Assembly (NCBI GenBank): GCA_963742735.1
Contig: CAVUMN010000004.1
Location: 256,001-320,000 of the forward strand
Direction of reading: 5' to 3'
Length of the DNA stretch: 64,000 bases
Origin: an uncultured Actinomycetes bacterium
Lineage (GTDB): Bacteria > Actinomycetota > UBA4738 > JBBDTT01
A model generated the notes under the pieces. It had not been told where the DNA came from. It searched no databases and saw only the letters and a program-made list of their open reading frames with translations. Of this stretch, positions 32,698-42,256 are shown piece by piece (the stretch's first letter is position 1; every line of letters begins with the position of its first letter). The position numbers and the translations under genes are program-made.

Positions 32698-33924
32698 CTA
32701 GGGGACCCAGACCAAGGGGCCGCTGGGGACCTCGCGGGCGACGTCCTCGGGAAGCGGGAGCTTGAACGCCCGCTCGCTGCCGATCTCCACCACCCAGACG
32801 TCGAGCTCGTGGACGAAGAACGCGACGCGGGCCTGTTCGTCGAACGCCACCTCGTCGATGGACTCGCCCTCGTCGATCGGCATCATCATGAACACCGGCG
32901 TGTTCGGCCACGAGACGAACCACAGCCCGTACCGATCTCGGAACCTCCCGAGGGCGGCGTAGTGCTGCCGGTCGAAGGTCCAGCCCACGATCCGCTCCGG
33001 AACGAACCCGGGAAGCTTCCGCGGCGGGGCGGGAGGCTCGAAGAGGGACAGGGAGTCGAAGTTGCGAGCCCGCTGGACCAGGAAGTGGGCGTTCACGCCG
33101 ACCCCCACCGCCCGCCAGCCGTCCAGGACGACCCGAGTGCGGCCCCCGTCGACGGCGATGATCCGCTCCACCGGGTCCGCGAAGTCGTCGAAGGCATCCG
33201 CCGACTGGAGCAGGAACACTCGGCCGCCGGTGAGGGCCAGGCTCAGGTTCGACGGCCCCCCAAGCGTGCCCAGCCGGGTCGACTGCCGCTCGCCCACCAC
33301 GTCGATCACCCACGTTCCGTCCGGCTCCGATCGCAGCACGTGGAGACTGCCGCTGGGGGTGAACGCGAACTCGCCGCCCTGGGCGATCGGCGCCGGAGGC
33401 AGCTCCACGGGCGAGCCGACATCGAGGCCGTACACGAAGCGGCCACCCCCCAGGGCCGGCGGGGCATCCGCGAGGAACGCGAGGATCCCCGCCGATCGTG
33501 ACCGGGCCGGCCCGAGGCCGAACGCCCGGTGCGGGGGCACCCCGGGAGCGGCCGGACGGCCCGAGTCGGTCCCCACCGGGAGCAACAACGGGCCGCGGGT
33601 GACGGCGCCGGTGCCGAGCTGGACGGCCCACAGCGTCTCCCCGGCCAGCTGCCCCGCGGCGGGCTCCTCCTGGACCGTGAACAGGAGCTGGCCGACCGCG
33701 CCCGGGTACAACGGCTGTGTTCGGGCACCGGGATCGAACGGGTCGTCGGAGATCGGCCCCGTGGGCTCCTCGCTCGACACGTTCAGCCAGGTGATCGTGC
33801 CGACGATCGCCACGACGAGCGCCACCACCCACGGCGTCCAGTTCCCGGGCCTCCTGCGTGGCGGGGGCGGCGGCTCGTAGCCGCTCAGGACCTCGACCTC
33901 GCCGGCGGGTGGCTCGTCGCTCAC
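32698..33924 (-). CDS. membrane-anchored hypothetical protein (possible beta-propeller)
   Basis: Single N-terminal TM, beta-rich remainder; start overlaps the folK stop. Confidence 0.65.
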   Translation of the reverse strand: MSDEPPAGEVEVLSGYEPPPPPRRRPGNWTPWVVALVVAIVGTITWLNVSSEEPTGPISDDPFDPGARTQPLYPGAVGQLLFTVQEEPAAGQLAGETLWAVQLGTGAVTRGPLLLPVGTDSGRPAAPGVPPHRAFGLGPARSRSAGILAFLADAPPALGGGRFVYGLDVGSPVELPPAPIAQGGEFAFTPSGSLHVLRSEPDGTWVIDVVGERQSTRLGTLGGPSNLSLALTGGRVFLLQSADAFDDFADPVERIIAVDGGRTRVVLDGWRAVGVGVNAHFLVQRARNFDSLSLFEPPAPPRKLPGFVPERIVGWTFDRQHYAALGRFRDRYGLWFVSWPNTPVFMMMPIDEGESIDEVAFDEQARVAFFVHELDVWVVEIGSERAFKLPLPEDVAREVPSGPLVWVP

Positions 33925-34427
33925 GACGGGACCTCCAGGGGCGGGGCGAACAGGCGGACCCCGCCCAGCATCCCCGCCTCCACGCGCAGCGACGCGATCT
34001 TCCGTCCGCCCGGCAGCGGCGGGTCGGCGGTCAGCTCGAGCAGCGGGACCAGGACGAAGCCCCGTTCGTGCATCCGGGGGTGCGGGATCTCCAGGCCGTC
34101 CTCGAACACGTCATCGTCGCCGTAGGCCAGGACGTCGATGTCGATGCTCCGCGGGCCCCACCGGATCCCGCGCTGCCGGCCGAGGGTGTCCTCGGTGTCC
34201 AGGCAGGCGTTCAGCAGGTCGCGCGCCGTGAGCATCGTGTCGACCTCCAGGACGGCGTTCAGGAAGTCCGACTGCTCGGGCCCGCCGACCGGGTCGGTCT
34301 CGTAGACCCGGGACGAGCGGACCACGCCGATCCCCGGGATGCGCGCCAGGTTGCGCACCGCCTTGCGGAGGTTCTCCAGGCGGTCACCGACGTTCGAGCC
34401 GAGCCCGAGGTACGCGGTGACGCCCAC
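33921..34427 (-). CDS. folK: 2-amino-4-hydroxy-6-hydroxymethyldihydropteridine diphosphokinase
   Basis: YLGLGSNVGDR, FLNAV, RWGPRSIDID, IPHPRMHERGFV. Confidence 0.95.
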   Translation of the reverse strand: MGVTAYLGLGSNVGDRLENLRKAVRNLARIPGIGVVRSSRVYETDPVGGPEQSDFLNAVLEVDTMLTARDLLNACLDTEDTLGRQRGIRWGPRSIDIDVLAYGDDDVFEDGLEIPHPRMHERGFVLVPLLELTADPPLPGGRKIASLRVEAGMLGGVRLFAPPLEVPS

Positions 34428-34435
34428 CGCGCCCG

Positions 34436-34780
34436 CTACCCGACCGTGACCTGGACCGAGACGTCGTCCACGCCCACGATCTCCGCCGCCTTCGGCTTGT
34501 GCACGATCACCGTCGCCCGTTCGACCAGTGGGAGCCCGTAGACGGCCCGCCCCACCTCGTACGCCAGCGTCTCCAGGAGGTCGAACGAGTTCCGGGCCAC
34601 CGCGTCGCGGACCGTCGAGGCGACCACCCCGTAGTCGATGGTCCCCTCCAGGCGGTCCTCGCCGACGTCCACGTCGATCTCGACGTCCACGACGAACGGC
34701 TGGGGCGACGTCTTCTCTCCCGGGTTCGCGCCGTGGCGTCCCTCGGCCGCGATCCCGTCCACGCGGATGACCGCCCTCAC
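34436..34780 (-). CDS. folB: dihydroneopterin aldolase
   Basis: GRHG...E...QPFVVDV, TIDYG, LLETLA, HKPKA. Confidence 0.9.
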   Translation of the reverse strand: MRAVIRVDGIAAEGRHGANPGEKTSPQPFVVDVEIDVDVGEDRLEGTIDYGVVASTVRDAVARNSFDLLETLAYEVGRAVYGLPLVERATVIVHKPKAAEIVGVDDVSVQVTVG

Positions 34781-35262
34781 CCGGCGCCCTCCGCCGCCGC
34801 GCGTTCCGCGTCCCGCTTGGCCCGCGCCTCGGGGATCTTGCGGAAGTCCCACGACATGACCTTGTCGGGATTGAGCGCGTACCACTGCCGGGTCTTCCAC
34901 TGCGCGTAGGGGACGGGGTTGCCGTCCAGGTATTTCGCGGAGATCTTCGCCTCCACGGCTTCCACGATCGGGTCCGTGCGCGGGACGTGCTCGATCCGCC
35001 CGGTGAGGGTGACGCCACGAAGCTCCTCGTAGTGGTCGCCGTCGTCGACGGTCGCCGAGGCCCGGCCGTCGGCCTCGATGTTCTTCACCGCCAGGTTCCC
35101 CAGGGTGGTGTTGAAGAAGACCCGGCCGTCGTGCCAGGCGAAGTAGTACGGGACGTTGTGGAGCCCGCCGGGACCGATGGTCGCGATCCGAACGGTGCGC
35201 TGCTCGGTCAGGTACGCCTCGAGCTCCTCGGGCGTCAGGGCGATGTCGATCTTGAATCCCAT
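34777..35262 (-). CDS. pyridoxamine 5'-phosphate oxidase-like (PPOX/FMN-F420 split barrel) protein
   Basis: RIATIGP..HNVP, KNIEADGR, ELRGV, SWDFRK. Confidence 0.82.
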   Translation of the reverse strand: MGFKIDIALTPEELEAYLTEQRTVRIATIGPGGLHNVPYYFAWHDGRVFFNTTLGNLAVKNIEADGRASATVDDGDHYEELRGVTLTGRIEHVPRTDPIVEAVEAKISAKYLDGNPVPYAQWKTRQWYALNPDKVMSWDFRKIPEARAKRDAERAAAEGAG

Positions 35263-35273
35263 GGGTCCCTCCG

Positions 35274-36179
35274 CTACTCGAAGTACGAGTCGTCCCGCGG
35301 CGGCTCCGGGCGCTTGAACGAGATCTCGACGGGGACGGGGCCGCCGGCCCCCGCGTGATGGTGCGGCTCGTGGAGATAGCGGACGCGCAGCCACTCGTAG
35401 ATCAGGGGGCCGACGGTCTCGGGCGCGTCCTCGAGCAGGTGGTGCGAGCAACCGGGGAGGATGCCCACCGTCGCGCCGGGGACGACGTCGGACCAGCGCT
35501 CGGCCCACGACACCTCCTGGTAGGGGTCGTCCTCCCCCCACAGGACCAGGAGCTGGTCGCCGAGCGCGGCCAGGCGGGCCTCGGTGCCGACCAGGCCCAC
35601 GCCGTCGATGCCGCGGGCCGCCCGGATCAGCGCGGCCGGTCCGTCGGGGGAGGCGAAGGGCTCCGCGAACGCGGAGAGGAGCTCGGGGGTGGCCCGCTCC
35701 TTCCGAGAGATGCCCAGCTCGATCGCCACGTTGATCAGGTTCTCGGCGAACTCCGCGTCGGTCGTCCCGGGGTCGGCCTCCTGGATCATCCGCACGCCCT
35801 CGATCGGCCAGGAGTCGAACTGGATCGAGTCGATGAGCACCAGGTGGGTGGCCCGCCCGTCCAGGGCGAGCAGCTGGGCGACGCCGCCGCCGATGTCGTG
35901 GCCGACCGCCGCCAGCTCCTCCGCTACGCCGAGCGAGTCGAGCAGCTCGCCCACGTACCCGGCCTGCGCCCGGATGTCGAGCGCCGTGCCCTCGCCCTTC
36001 GCGGAGCCGCCGTACCCGAGCAGGTCCGGCACGATCGTCCGGTACTGGCCCGAGAGGAGCCCGGTCAGGTTGCGCCACATGAACGACGAGGTCGGGAAGC
36101 CGTGGACGAGGACCACCGGCTTGCCCTCCCCCTCGTCCAGGAAGGCCATGGGGCCGGCGGAGGTCTCGAAGGTCTTCAC
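35274..36179 (-). CDS. alpha/beta hydrolase (Asp-nucleophile, dehalogenase/epoxide hydrolase-like)
   Basis: HGFPTSS, PDLLGYG, GHDIGG, WGEDD. Confidence 0.88.
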   Translation of the reverse strand: MKTFETSAGPMAFLDEGEGKPVVLVHGFPTSSFMWRNLTGLLSGQYRTIVPDLLGYGGSAKGEGTALDIRAQAGYVGELLDSLGVAEELAAVGHDIGGGVAQLLALDGRATHLVLIDSIQFDSWPIEGVRMIQEADPGTTDAEFAENLINVAIELGISRKERATPELLSAFAEPFASPDGPAALIRAARGIDGVGLVGTEARLAALGDQLLVLWGEDDPYQEVSWAERWSDVVPGATVGILPGCSHHLLEDAPETVGPLIYEWLRVRYLHEPHHHAGAGGPVPVEISFKRPEPPRDDSYFE

Positions 36180-36180
36180 C

Positions 36181-37038
36181 TCAGGCGTTCTCCGGGGCCG
36201 ACCGAATGGCCTCGACGACTCGCACGACCCGGGCCATCTCCTTGACGTCGTGGACGCGAACGACGTGCGCGCCGTGGGCGACGAGCCACGCCACGGCGCC
36301 GGCGGTCCCCTCCAGCCGCTCGTCGACCTCGGTGCCGAGCACCGAGCCGATGAACGACTTCCGTGACGGTCCCACCAGGACCGGGCGGCGAAGGTCGAGG
36401 AAGTCGCCGATCCGGCGCATCAGCACGTAGTTGCCCTCGGGCGACTTGCCGAAGCCGAGCCCGGGGTCGACGGCCAGGCGGTCCCACTCCACGCCGGCCT
36501 CGACGGCGGCGTCGATCCGCGACGCAAGGTGGTCGTGGACCTCGCCGACGACGTCGGCGTAGGCCGTATCCTGCTGCATCGTCTTCGGCTCGCCGCGCAG
36601 GTGCATCAGGCACATCCCGGCGCCGGATTCCGCGACGACGCCGAACATGGCGGGATCGGCCCCGGCGGTGACGTCGTTCACGATGGTCGCGCCGGCCTCG
36701 AGCGCCGGGGCGGCGACCTCGGCCTTGCGCGTGTCGATCGAGATGGGCACGTCCACCTCCGCCCGCAGCCGGCGGATGACGGGGAGCACGCGCTCGCGCT
36801 CCTCCTCCACGGAGACCGGCTCGGACCCGGGGCGCGTGGACTCACCGCCCACGTCCAGGATGTCGGCGCCGTCCAGGGCCATCTGGACGCCGACCTTCAC
36901 GGCCGTTTCGACATCCGTCAACCGGCCGCCGTCGGAGAACGAGTCGGGCGTGACGTTCAGGATCCCCATGAGGTGAGTGCGGGCCCGGCAGTCGAGCACC
37001 GTCGAACCGGCCCGCCAGAGGAAGTCTTCGTGCTCCAC
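36181..37038 (-). CDS. folP: dihydropteroate synthase
   Basis: MGILNVTPDSFSDGG, GGESTRPG, DPGLGFGK, SRKSF, RVHDV. Confidence 0.96.
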   Translation of the reverse strand: MEHEDFLWRAGSTVLDCRARTHLMGILNVTPDSFSDGGRLTDVETAVKVGVQMALDGADILDVGGESTRPGSEPVSVEEERERVLPVIRRLRAEVDVPISIDTRKAEVAAPALEAGATIVNDVTAGADPAMFGVVAESGAGMCLMHLRGEPKTMQQDTAYADVVGEVHDHLASRIDAAVEAGVEWDRLAVDPGLGFGKSPEGNYVLMRRIGDFLDLRRPVLVGPSRKSFIGSVLGTEVDERLEGTAGAVAWLVAHGAHVVRVHDVKEMARVVRVVEAIRSAPENA

Positions 37039-37186
37039 CGTGCTTGATCGTAGCGACAATGGACCATGAGCACCGTGCCCGAAATGTGACAAGAAATAGG
37101 GGTTGCTTACCCACCGGTAGGTACCTACGGTGGAGATACGCGGCCGCCCCTAAGTACGGCACGCGCCCGCGAGGAGGGGTAAGAAC

Positions 37187-37396
37187 ATGGGAGCCACCAC
37201 CGACCTCGCACGGTTGCTCGATCGCGTTCAGGACGGCCTGGCAGGCAGGGCGTTCCTGTACGACAACCCGCACGACTACCAGGCGGGCGTCGAGGACGCG
37301 ATCCACGCCCTGACGCACGGCGCCGAGATCCAGATGGACGCCGGCCGTGCTCACGACTCGCTCGAGAGCACGCTGAAGGTCCGGCTGGCCCGCTAG
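37187..37396 (+). CDS. small hypothetical protein (69 aa)
   Basis: Strong RBS GAGGAGG, GC3-rich codons. Confidence 0.6.
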   Translation: MGATTDLARLLDRVQDGLAGRAFLYDNPHDYQAGVEDAIHALTHGAEIQMDAGRAHDSLESTLKVRLAR

Positions 37397-37431
37397 GGCC
37401 AACTCGGGCACGAACCTCGTCCCGCTTCCCC

Positions 37432-37459
37432 GGAACCTTCCCGTATGCCCCGGCGTCTT
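37432..37459 (+). promoter_or_regulatory. ECF promoter of sigma 1
   Basis: GGAACC-N16-CGTCTT, ATG 10 nt downstream of the -10. Confidence 0.65.
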
Positions 37460-37469
37460 CATCCCGGCT

Positions 37470-38003
37470 ATGGGAACTGGGATGATCACCGTCGATGCTC
37501 GAGTGAGCGACACGCCCCAGAAGATCGAGGGCGGGCGCCTTGGGGAGCTGTACGAGCGACACGCTTCCGACGCCGTCCGCCTGGCCTATCTGCTGACCGG
37601 CGATCGTTCGCTGGCGGAGGACCTGGCTCAGGAGGCGTTCGTCCGCATGTACGGACGATTCCGGGACTTGCGCAGCCCGGACGCCTTCCCCTGGTACCTC
37701 CGTCGCACCGTGGTGAACCTCGCCAACTCCCACTTCCGGCACGCGAAGGTCGCACGCACCTATGTCGAGCGCCAGGGACGTCTCCCCGACCAATGGAACC
37801 AGGAGATCGGAGCCCGGCAGGAGATGTGGGAGTCGCTGTCGCGGCTGCCCGAACGGCAGCGCGCGGCGATCGTCCTTCGGTTCTACGAGGACCTGACCGA
37901 GGCCCAGACCGCGGAGGTCCTGGGGTGCCGGCTGGGGACCGTGAAGTCCCTGGTCTCCCGGGGGCTCGATGCCCTTCGGAAGGAGATGTCTCGAGGTGAG
38001 TGA
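37470..38003 (+). CDS. ECF sigma factor 1 (SigE-family-like)
   Basis: AEDLAQEAF, YLRRTVVN, LPERQRAAIVLRFYEDL, GTVKS. Confidence 0.93.
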   Translation: MGTGMITVDARVSDTPQKIEGGRLGELYERHASDAVRLAYLLTGDRSLAEDLAQEAFVRMYGRFRDLRSPDAFPWYLRRTVVNLANSHFRHAKVARTYVERQGRLPDQWNQEIGARQEMWESLSRLPERQRAAIVLRFYEDLTEAQTAEVLGCRLGTVKSLVSRGLDALRKEMSRGE

Positions 38004-39372
38004 CGTGGAGAGGGAGCTGAGGGAGATGCTGCGGAACAAGGCCGACGAGGTCCTGATCGACACGGACCTTCCGAAGACGGTGCTGAAGCGTTCCCGCCGC
38101 CGGCGGGCCGCGACGATGGCGCTGGGCAGCGCGCTCGGCGTGCTGGTGGTGGCCGGCGGGTTCTTCGGAGCCCGGGCCATGCTGGCGAACAACGAGACCC
38201 AGCTGGGAGGACCGGCGACGACGGCGCCCCCGGTGGGAGCCTGGCGAGGGCTGTGGCCCCAGGACACCCGGGCGGAGGCCGAGGCGGCGCAGGCGTCGCT
38301 CGATGGAGGGAGCGACGAGTTCTCGTTCCAGGCGGACATCACCACGCTGTTGAAGAGCTTCGGAGGTAACAACCACGCATGGACCGAGACCTTCATCGTC
38401 TCGGAGACGCTGAACACGACCCCCCCGGGGCCCCACACGGTCCACATCTCGAACTGCTCGCTCCAGGGACCGGAATCCGAGGGCGGCAGCTGCGAGAACG
38501 CGTACGTGACGGTCGAGCAGCTGCTTCGAACCGGTGAGGGTCAGCTGTGGTTCGTCACCGCGGACGACGCGTACCCGCCGGGCTCGGATCCGGGGGCGCC
38601 CACGGAAGGAAAGGCCGAGAGCATCGCCGCGCAGGCCTTCATGGACGCGCGGATCGCCGGCTCGGGCGCGGAGAAGTGGCTGACGCAGGACTCGCAGGGC
38701 TGGTACGAGGCCCACGACCAGAGCGGGCTCTACCTGTACGACGGCGACGTGGCCGGCGGCGAGCCGAACGTCAACTACGAGCGCTACGACATCGTGTCGA
38801 TGACACCGCACGAGTCGAGCGATCCGCAGTCGGCGGTCGGGCAGGACGTCCGGGTTCGGATCAGCCACGGGATGTTCGAGGGCAAGACCGTGACCCACGA
38901 CGAGATCCTGTGGATCGCCACGGGCCTCGGCCTGGACAACAAGCACCACATGGTGGTTCGGACGGCCGAGCGGCTGCCGACCGACCCGGGTGAGCCCGTC
39001 TCCTCGTGCCAGGAGGGCAGCCCGACGCCGGTGCAGTCGTGCGCGCGGATGTTCATGCAGGCTCGGCTGGATGGGGCGGGCACGGAGTGGTTCATGACCC
39101 CCGACGCCAAGTCGGTCTACGACGACGACAACGAGCTGCACCTGTACGGCACGCCGTACCACGACTCGGGCAACTTCGAGTTCGAGCGCTACGACATCCT
39201 CGGGGTGCGCAAGGCGGACGCCAACGGCTACGAGGTGGACGTCCGGCTGCACGTGGTCTCCGAGGGCGGGCCGATGACGATCTTCGAGACGCTGTTCATC
39301 GGTCCGGGCCGGAACATGAACGAGCAGCTCCAGGACTTCGTGATCCGGGGCGCCGAGGGACACTACGAGTAA
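37996..39372 (+). CDS. putative anti-sigma/sensor 1 (single TM, multi-module ectodomain)
   Basis: Short cytoplasmic N-terminus with Arg run before a TM; GTGAGTGA overlap with sigma 1. Confidence 0.7.
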   Translation: MSDVERELREMLRNKADEVLIDTDLPKTVLKRSRRRRAATMALGSALGVLVVAGGFFGARAMLANNETQLGGPATTAPPVGAWRGLWPQDTRAEAEAAQASLDGGSDEFSFQADITTLLKSFGGNNHAWTETFIVSETLNTTPPGPHTVHISNCSLQGPESEGGSCENAYVTVEQLLRTGEGQLWFVTADDAYPPGSDPGAPTEGKAESIAAQAFMDARIAGSGAEKWLTQDSQGWYEAHDQSGLYLYDGDVAGGEPNVNYERYDIVSMTPHESSDPQSAVGQDVRVRISHGMFEGKTVTHDEILWIATGLGLDNKHHMVVRTAERLPTDPGEPVSSCQEGSPTPVQSCARMFMQARLDGAGTEWFMTPDAKSVYDDDNELHLYGTPYHDSGNFEFERYDILGVRKADANGYEVDVRLHVVSEGGPMTIFETLFIGPGRNMNEQLQDFVIRGAEGHYE

Positions 39373-39409
39373 GGGCTGATCAGCACCTCGAAAGGGGGTC
39401 CGGCGGGAC

Positions 39410-39436
39410 GTAACCGCCGGGCCCCCTTCGGCGTTT
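39410..39436 (+). promoter_or_regulatory. ECF promoter of sigma 2
   Basis: GTAACC-N16-CGTTT, ATG at 39445. Confidence 0.6.
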
Positions 39437-39444
39437 CCTTCACG

Positions 39445-39954
39445 ATGGACGTGATGACGCGACCCGTGCCGATCGACCTGGGGGACGCCGGCTCGTTCGA
39501 GGCGTTCTTCGAGGAGCACTACGAGCGCCTCCTGCGGGCGGTGTACCTGGTCACCGGGGACCGCAGCGAGGCCGAGGACCTGGCGCAGGAGGCGTTCGTG
39601 AAGATCTACGAGCGCTGGGACCGGGTCCGGGGTACGGCGAATCCCGGCGGCTATCTGTACCGGACCGCGATCAACGCCCATCACAGCCGGCTGCGGCGGC
39701 TCGCCGTGGCTGCCCGGAAGTCCTTCCTCCGGCGGGACGCCGATCCGATGGAGGCGAGCGACGACCGCGACGAGATCCGCCGGGCGCTGGCCTCGCTGCC
39801 GAGTGGGCAGCGGGAGGCCCTTGTGCTCGTGGAGTGGCTGGGGATGACCGACGCCGAGGCCGGCGAGGCCCTCGGGGTCGCGCCGGTGACCGTCCGGGTC
39901 CGGATCAGCCGGGCCCGCCAGGCCCTGCAGAAGCGGGTGAGGATCGATGACTGA
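39445..39954 (+). CDS. ECF sigma factor 2
   Basis: AEDLAQEAF..ERWDRV, GYLYRTAIN, LPSGQREAL. Confidence 0.92.
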   Translation: MDVMTRPVPIDLGDAGSFEAFFEEHYERLLRAVYLVTGDRSEAEDLAQEAFVKIYERWDRVRGTANPGGYLYRTAINAHHSRLRRLAVAARKSFLRRDADPMEASDDRDEIRRALASLPSGQREALVLVEWLGMTDAEAGEALGVAPVTVRVRISRARQALQKRVRIDD

Positions 39955-40996
39955 GCTGAAGGATCTGCTGGAACGAGAGGCGCGGAGCGTCTCGGTGAAG
40001 CCGGACGCGCTGCAGCGCGTGCACCGCCGTGCCGAGCGCCGCCACCGGACGCGGCAGGTCGTGGCCGGCGTCACCGCCCTGGCCCTCGTCGCGGGCGTCG
40101 GCCTGGGAGCGTGGACGGTCCTGCGCGACCGGAACGGCGGCTCGTTCGATCCCGCGAGCCCCTCCGTGGGCGCCGAGAAGTGGCCGGCCGCCGCCTGGCC
40201 GCACGAGACGCGTCAGGAGGCGGAGACCGCCCAGACTGAGGCGGACGCGAACAACGCTGATTTCACCTGGCAGACCGATGCCGAGGAGGTCGTCACACGG
40301 TACGGCCTCCAGGTGCTCGGCTGGGCCGAGGTGGGATTCGACGACAGCCTCGACGGCCCGGGAGATTCCAACTCGGTCACGCTGTGGGCGGCATCGTGCC
40401 TCCTCTACTCGGGTGGGATCGAGCCCTGCGAGGGCATGGGAACCGACCACGGCGACGAGGAGGCCCTGATCACCCTCGAGCGCCTGGTGACCCAGGGCTC
40501 CCGCGGCGTCTGGACGGTCACCGCCGTCGGTGGCCCGAACAACCTGGCCTACTTCGCGAACTTCAGGTACGGGCGGCTGCCCACCGGCTACAACGAGAAC
40601 GCCTGTCCCGCGAGCGTCGCGCTCGCGGACCAATCGGCGGCCGAGGAGGCCACGGCGCTATGGATGGTCGACGCGAACGTGGGGGCCGGCAAGCCGGAGA
40701 ACGTCTGGAAGCTGTTGGACCCGGCCTCGCATCCCGGCCAGGGCGACCCGGACCTCTTCGCGTATCACTTCCGCAACACGTCGGTCACCAGCGAGTACGC
40801 CGACTGGGAGATCCAGTACGCGGGCCCGGACTTCCCCGACGACATGGGCTTCGCCGACAGGTGCGGCCAGCAGGTGCGAGAGTCGCTAACGGGGGTTCTG
40901 GTCCACTTCCCGAACGTCGACGAGGGCGGCGAGTCGACGGCGGTGCTCGTCTGGGTGACTCATCCCGAGGGCGTCCGCCTCTGGTACGTGCGGTAA
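39947..40996 (+). CDS. putative anti-sigma/sensor 2
   Basis: MTELKDLL...RAERRHRTR + TM; ATGACTGA overlap. Confidence 0.7.
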   Translation: MTELKDLLEREARSVSVKPDALQRVHRRAERRHRTRQVVAGVTALALVAGVGLGAWTVLRDRNGGSFDPASPSVGAEKWPAAAWPHETRQEAETAQTEADANNADFTWQTDAEEVVTRYGLQVLGWAEVGFDDSLDGPGDSNSVTLWAASCLLYSGGIEPCEGMGTDHGDEEALITLERLVTQGSRGVWTVTAVGGPNNLAYFANFRYGRLPTGYNENACPASVALADQSAAEEATALWMVDANVGAGKPENVWKLLDPASHPGQGDPDLFAYHFRNTSVTSEYADWEIQYAGPDFPDDMGFADRCGQQVRESLTGVLVHFPNVDEGGESTAVLVWVTHPEGVRLWYVR

Positions 40997-41003
40997 CGCT
41001 GGG

Positions 41004-42053
41004 CTACATGTCGAGGGGGGCGTAGTAGCTCTCGGGGCCGTATTTCTTGACGTCGCTCAGCCAGTCGCTTTCGTAGACGTCCGTCGGCCGCTGGAGGGGG
41101 TCGGCCAGGGACCAGGCCTGGCGCTTGTAGGTCCAGTTCTCGGGCTGGAGGCGGTGGGCCTCGCGGAAGTGCTCCACGGCGGCGTCGGGTTCGCCGGCCT
41201 TGTGCAGGTGCTGGCCGAGCTCGAAGTGGCCGGCGGCCTCGGACGCCTCCCGGTCGGCCGGACGTGACCGGTCCACGACCTCGTCCGGCGACAGCCAGTG
41301 CTTGCTGTCCTTGCCGTTGGCGACCCAGTCGCGCAGCGCGTAGTAGTACTTCTTCGGCCGGACCTGGATCTTCATGGTCTCCTCGGCCTGCTCCAGGAGA
41401 TACGGGTCGTCCGTGGGGTGCTCGAGCGCGACCTCGAGCTGGGTGACCTTCCCCGGGTAGGCCGTCTCGGGCGGACGGACGATCATCCCGTCCTCGTCGA
41501 TCCAGATGCCGCTCGGCACGTTGACGATGCCGAACAGCTCGTCCATCAGGTGCGCCTCGTCGACGCAGGCGGGATGGGATGGCTGGGCCTTCTCCACGAA
41601 CGTGCCGGCGGCGTCCCACCCGTCCAGGTCTAGGGCGATCGTTACGAACTCGACCCCTTGGGGATGGAGCTCATCTCGCAGTTCCCGCCAGACCGGCAGG
41701 TCGAATCGACACCCTCACCACGAGGCCCACGCGAGCAGGAACACCTTCTGCCCGCGCAGCGACGACAGGCGGAACTCGCCGCCCTTCCACTCCGGGAGGA
41801 CCACCTCGGGCGCCTCGGCCGACTTCAGCACGCGCCCGACGGAGTCGGGGCCGACCGCCCACAGCCCGTGCGCCTCGTCGGGCACGATCGCCATCCCGAG
41901 CCGCTCCGCGATGGGGGTCACGTCGAACGTCTCGCCGCCCAGACCACCGAGCGGCACACACATCTCGGCCTTGCACGCCCCCTGCGGCTTGATCTTCCAG
42001 CCGGTTGCGCCGGCGAACGCGTCGTTGGTCGTCTCGAGCGACTCGAGGATCAC
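41004..42053 (-). CDS. selenoprotein: thioredoxin-fold (ResA/TlpA-like) with WASW-U-GC motif and TPR-like C-terminus
   Basis: Two annotated ORFs lie in the same frame and join across TGA 41715-41717: LLAWASW*GCRFDLPVWRELRDEL; SECIS-like hairpin follows. Confidence 0.85.
41684..41700 (-). promoter_or_regulatory. putative bacterial SECIS element
   Basis: CCTGCC-GGTCT-GGCGGG hairpin 14 nt 3' of the UGA, resembling the GCAGGUCUGC apex of E. coli fdhF SECIS. Confidence 0.75.
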
Positions 42054-42256
42054 TCGTCCACGTCCTCGATGACGATCGCGGCGGTCGGGCAGGCGGCCTC
42101 GGCCTCGCGCAGGATCTCCTCCTCGACGCTCGACGGGTCCAGCAGGACCGCCTTGCCGATCTCGTCGGGGCTCCACGCGAACGCCGTCGGCGCGAGCTGG
42201 ATGCACGTCTCGGCGCCGATGCACCGGTGCTTGTTGACGACGATCTTGAGGCTCAC
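42050..42256 (-). CDS. mono-cluster ferredoxin (3Fe-4S type likely)
   Basis: CIGAETC..AP ... ACPTAAI. Confidence 0.9.
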   Translation of the reverse strand: MSLKIVVNKHRCIGAETCIQLAPTAFAWSPDEIGKAVLLDPSSVEEEILREAEAACPTAAIVIEDVDE

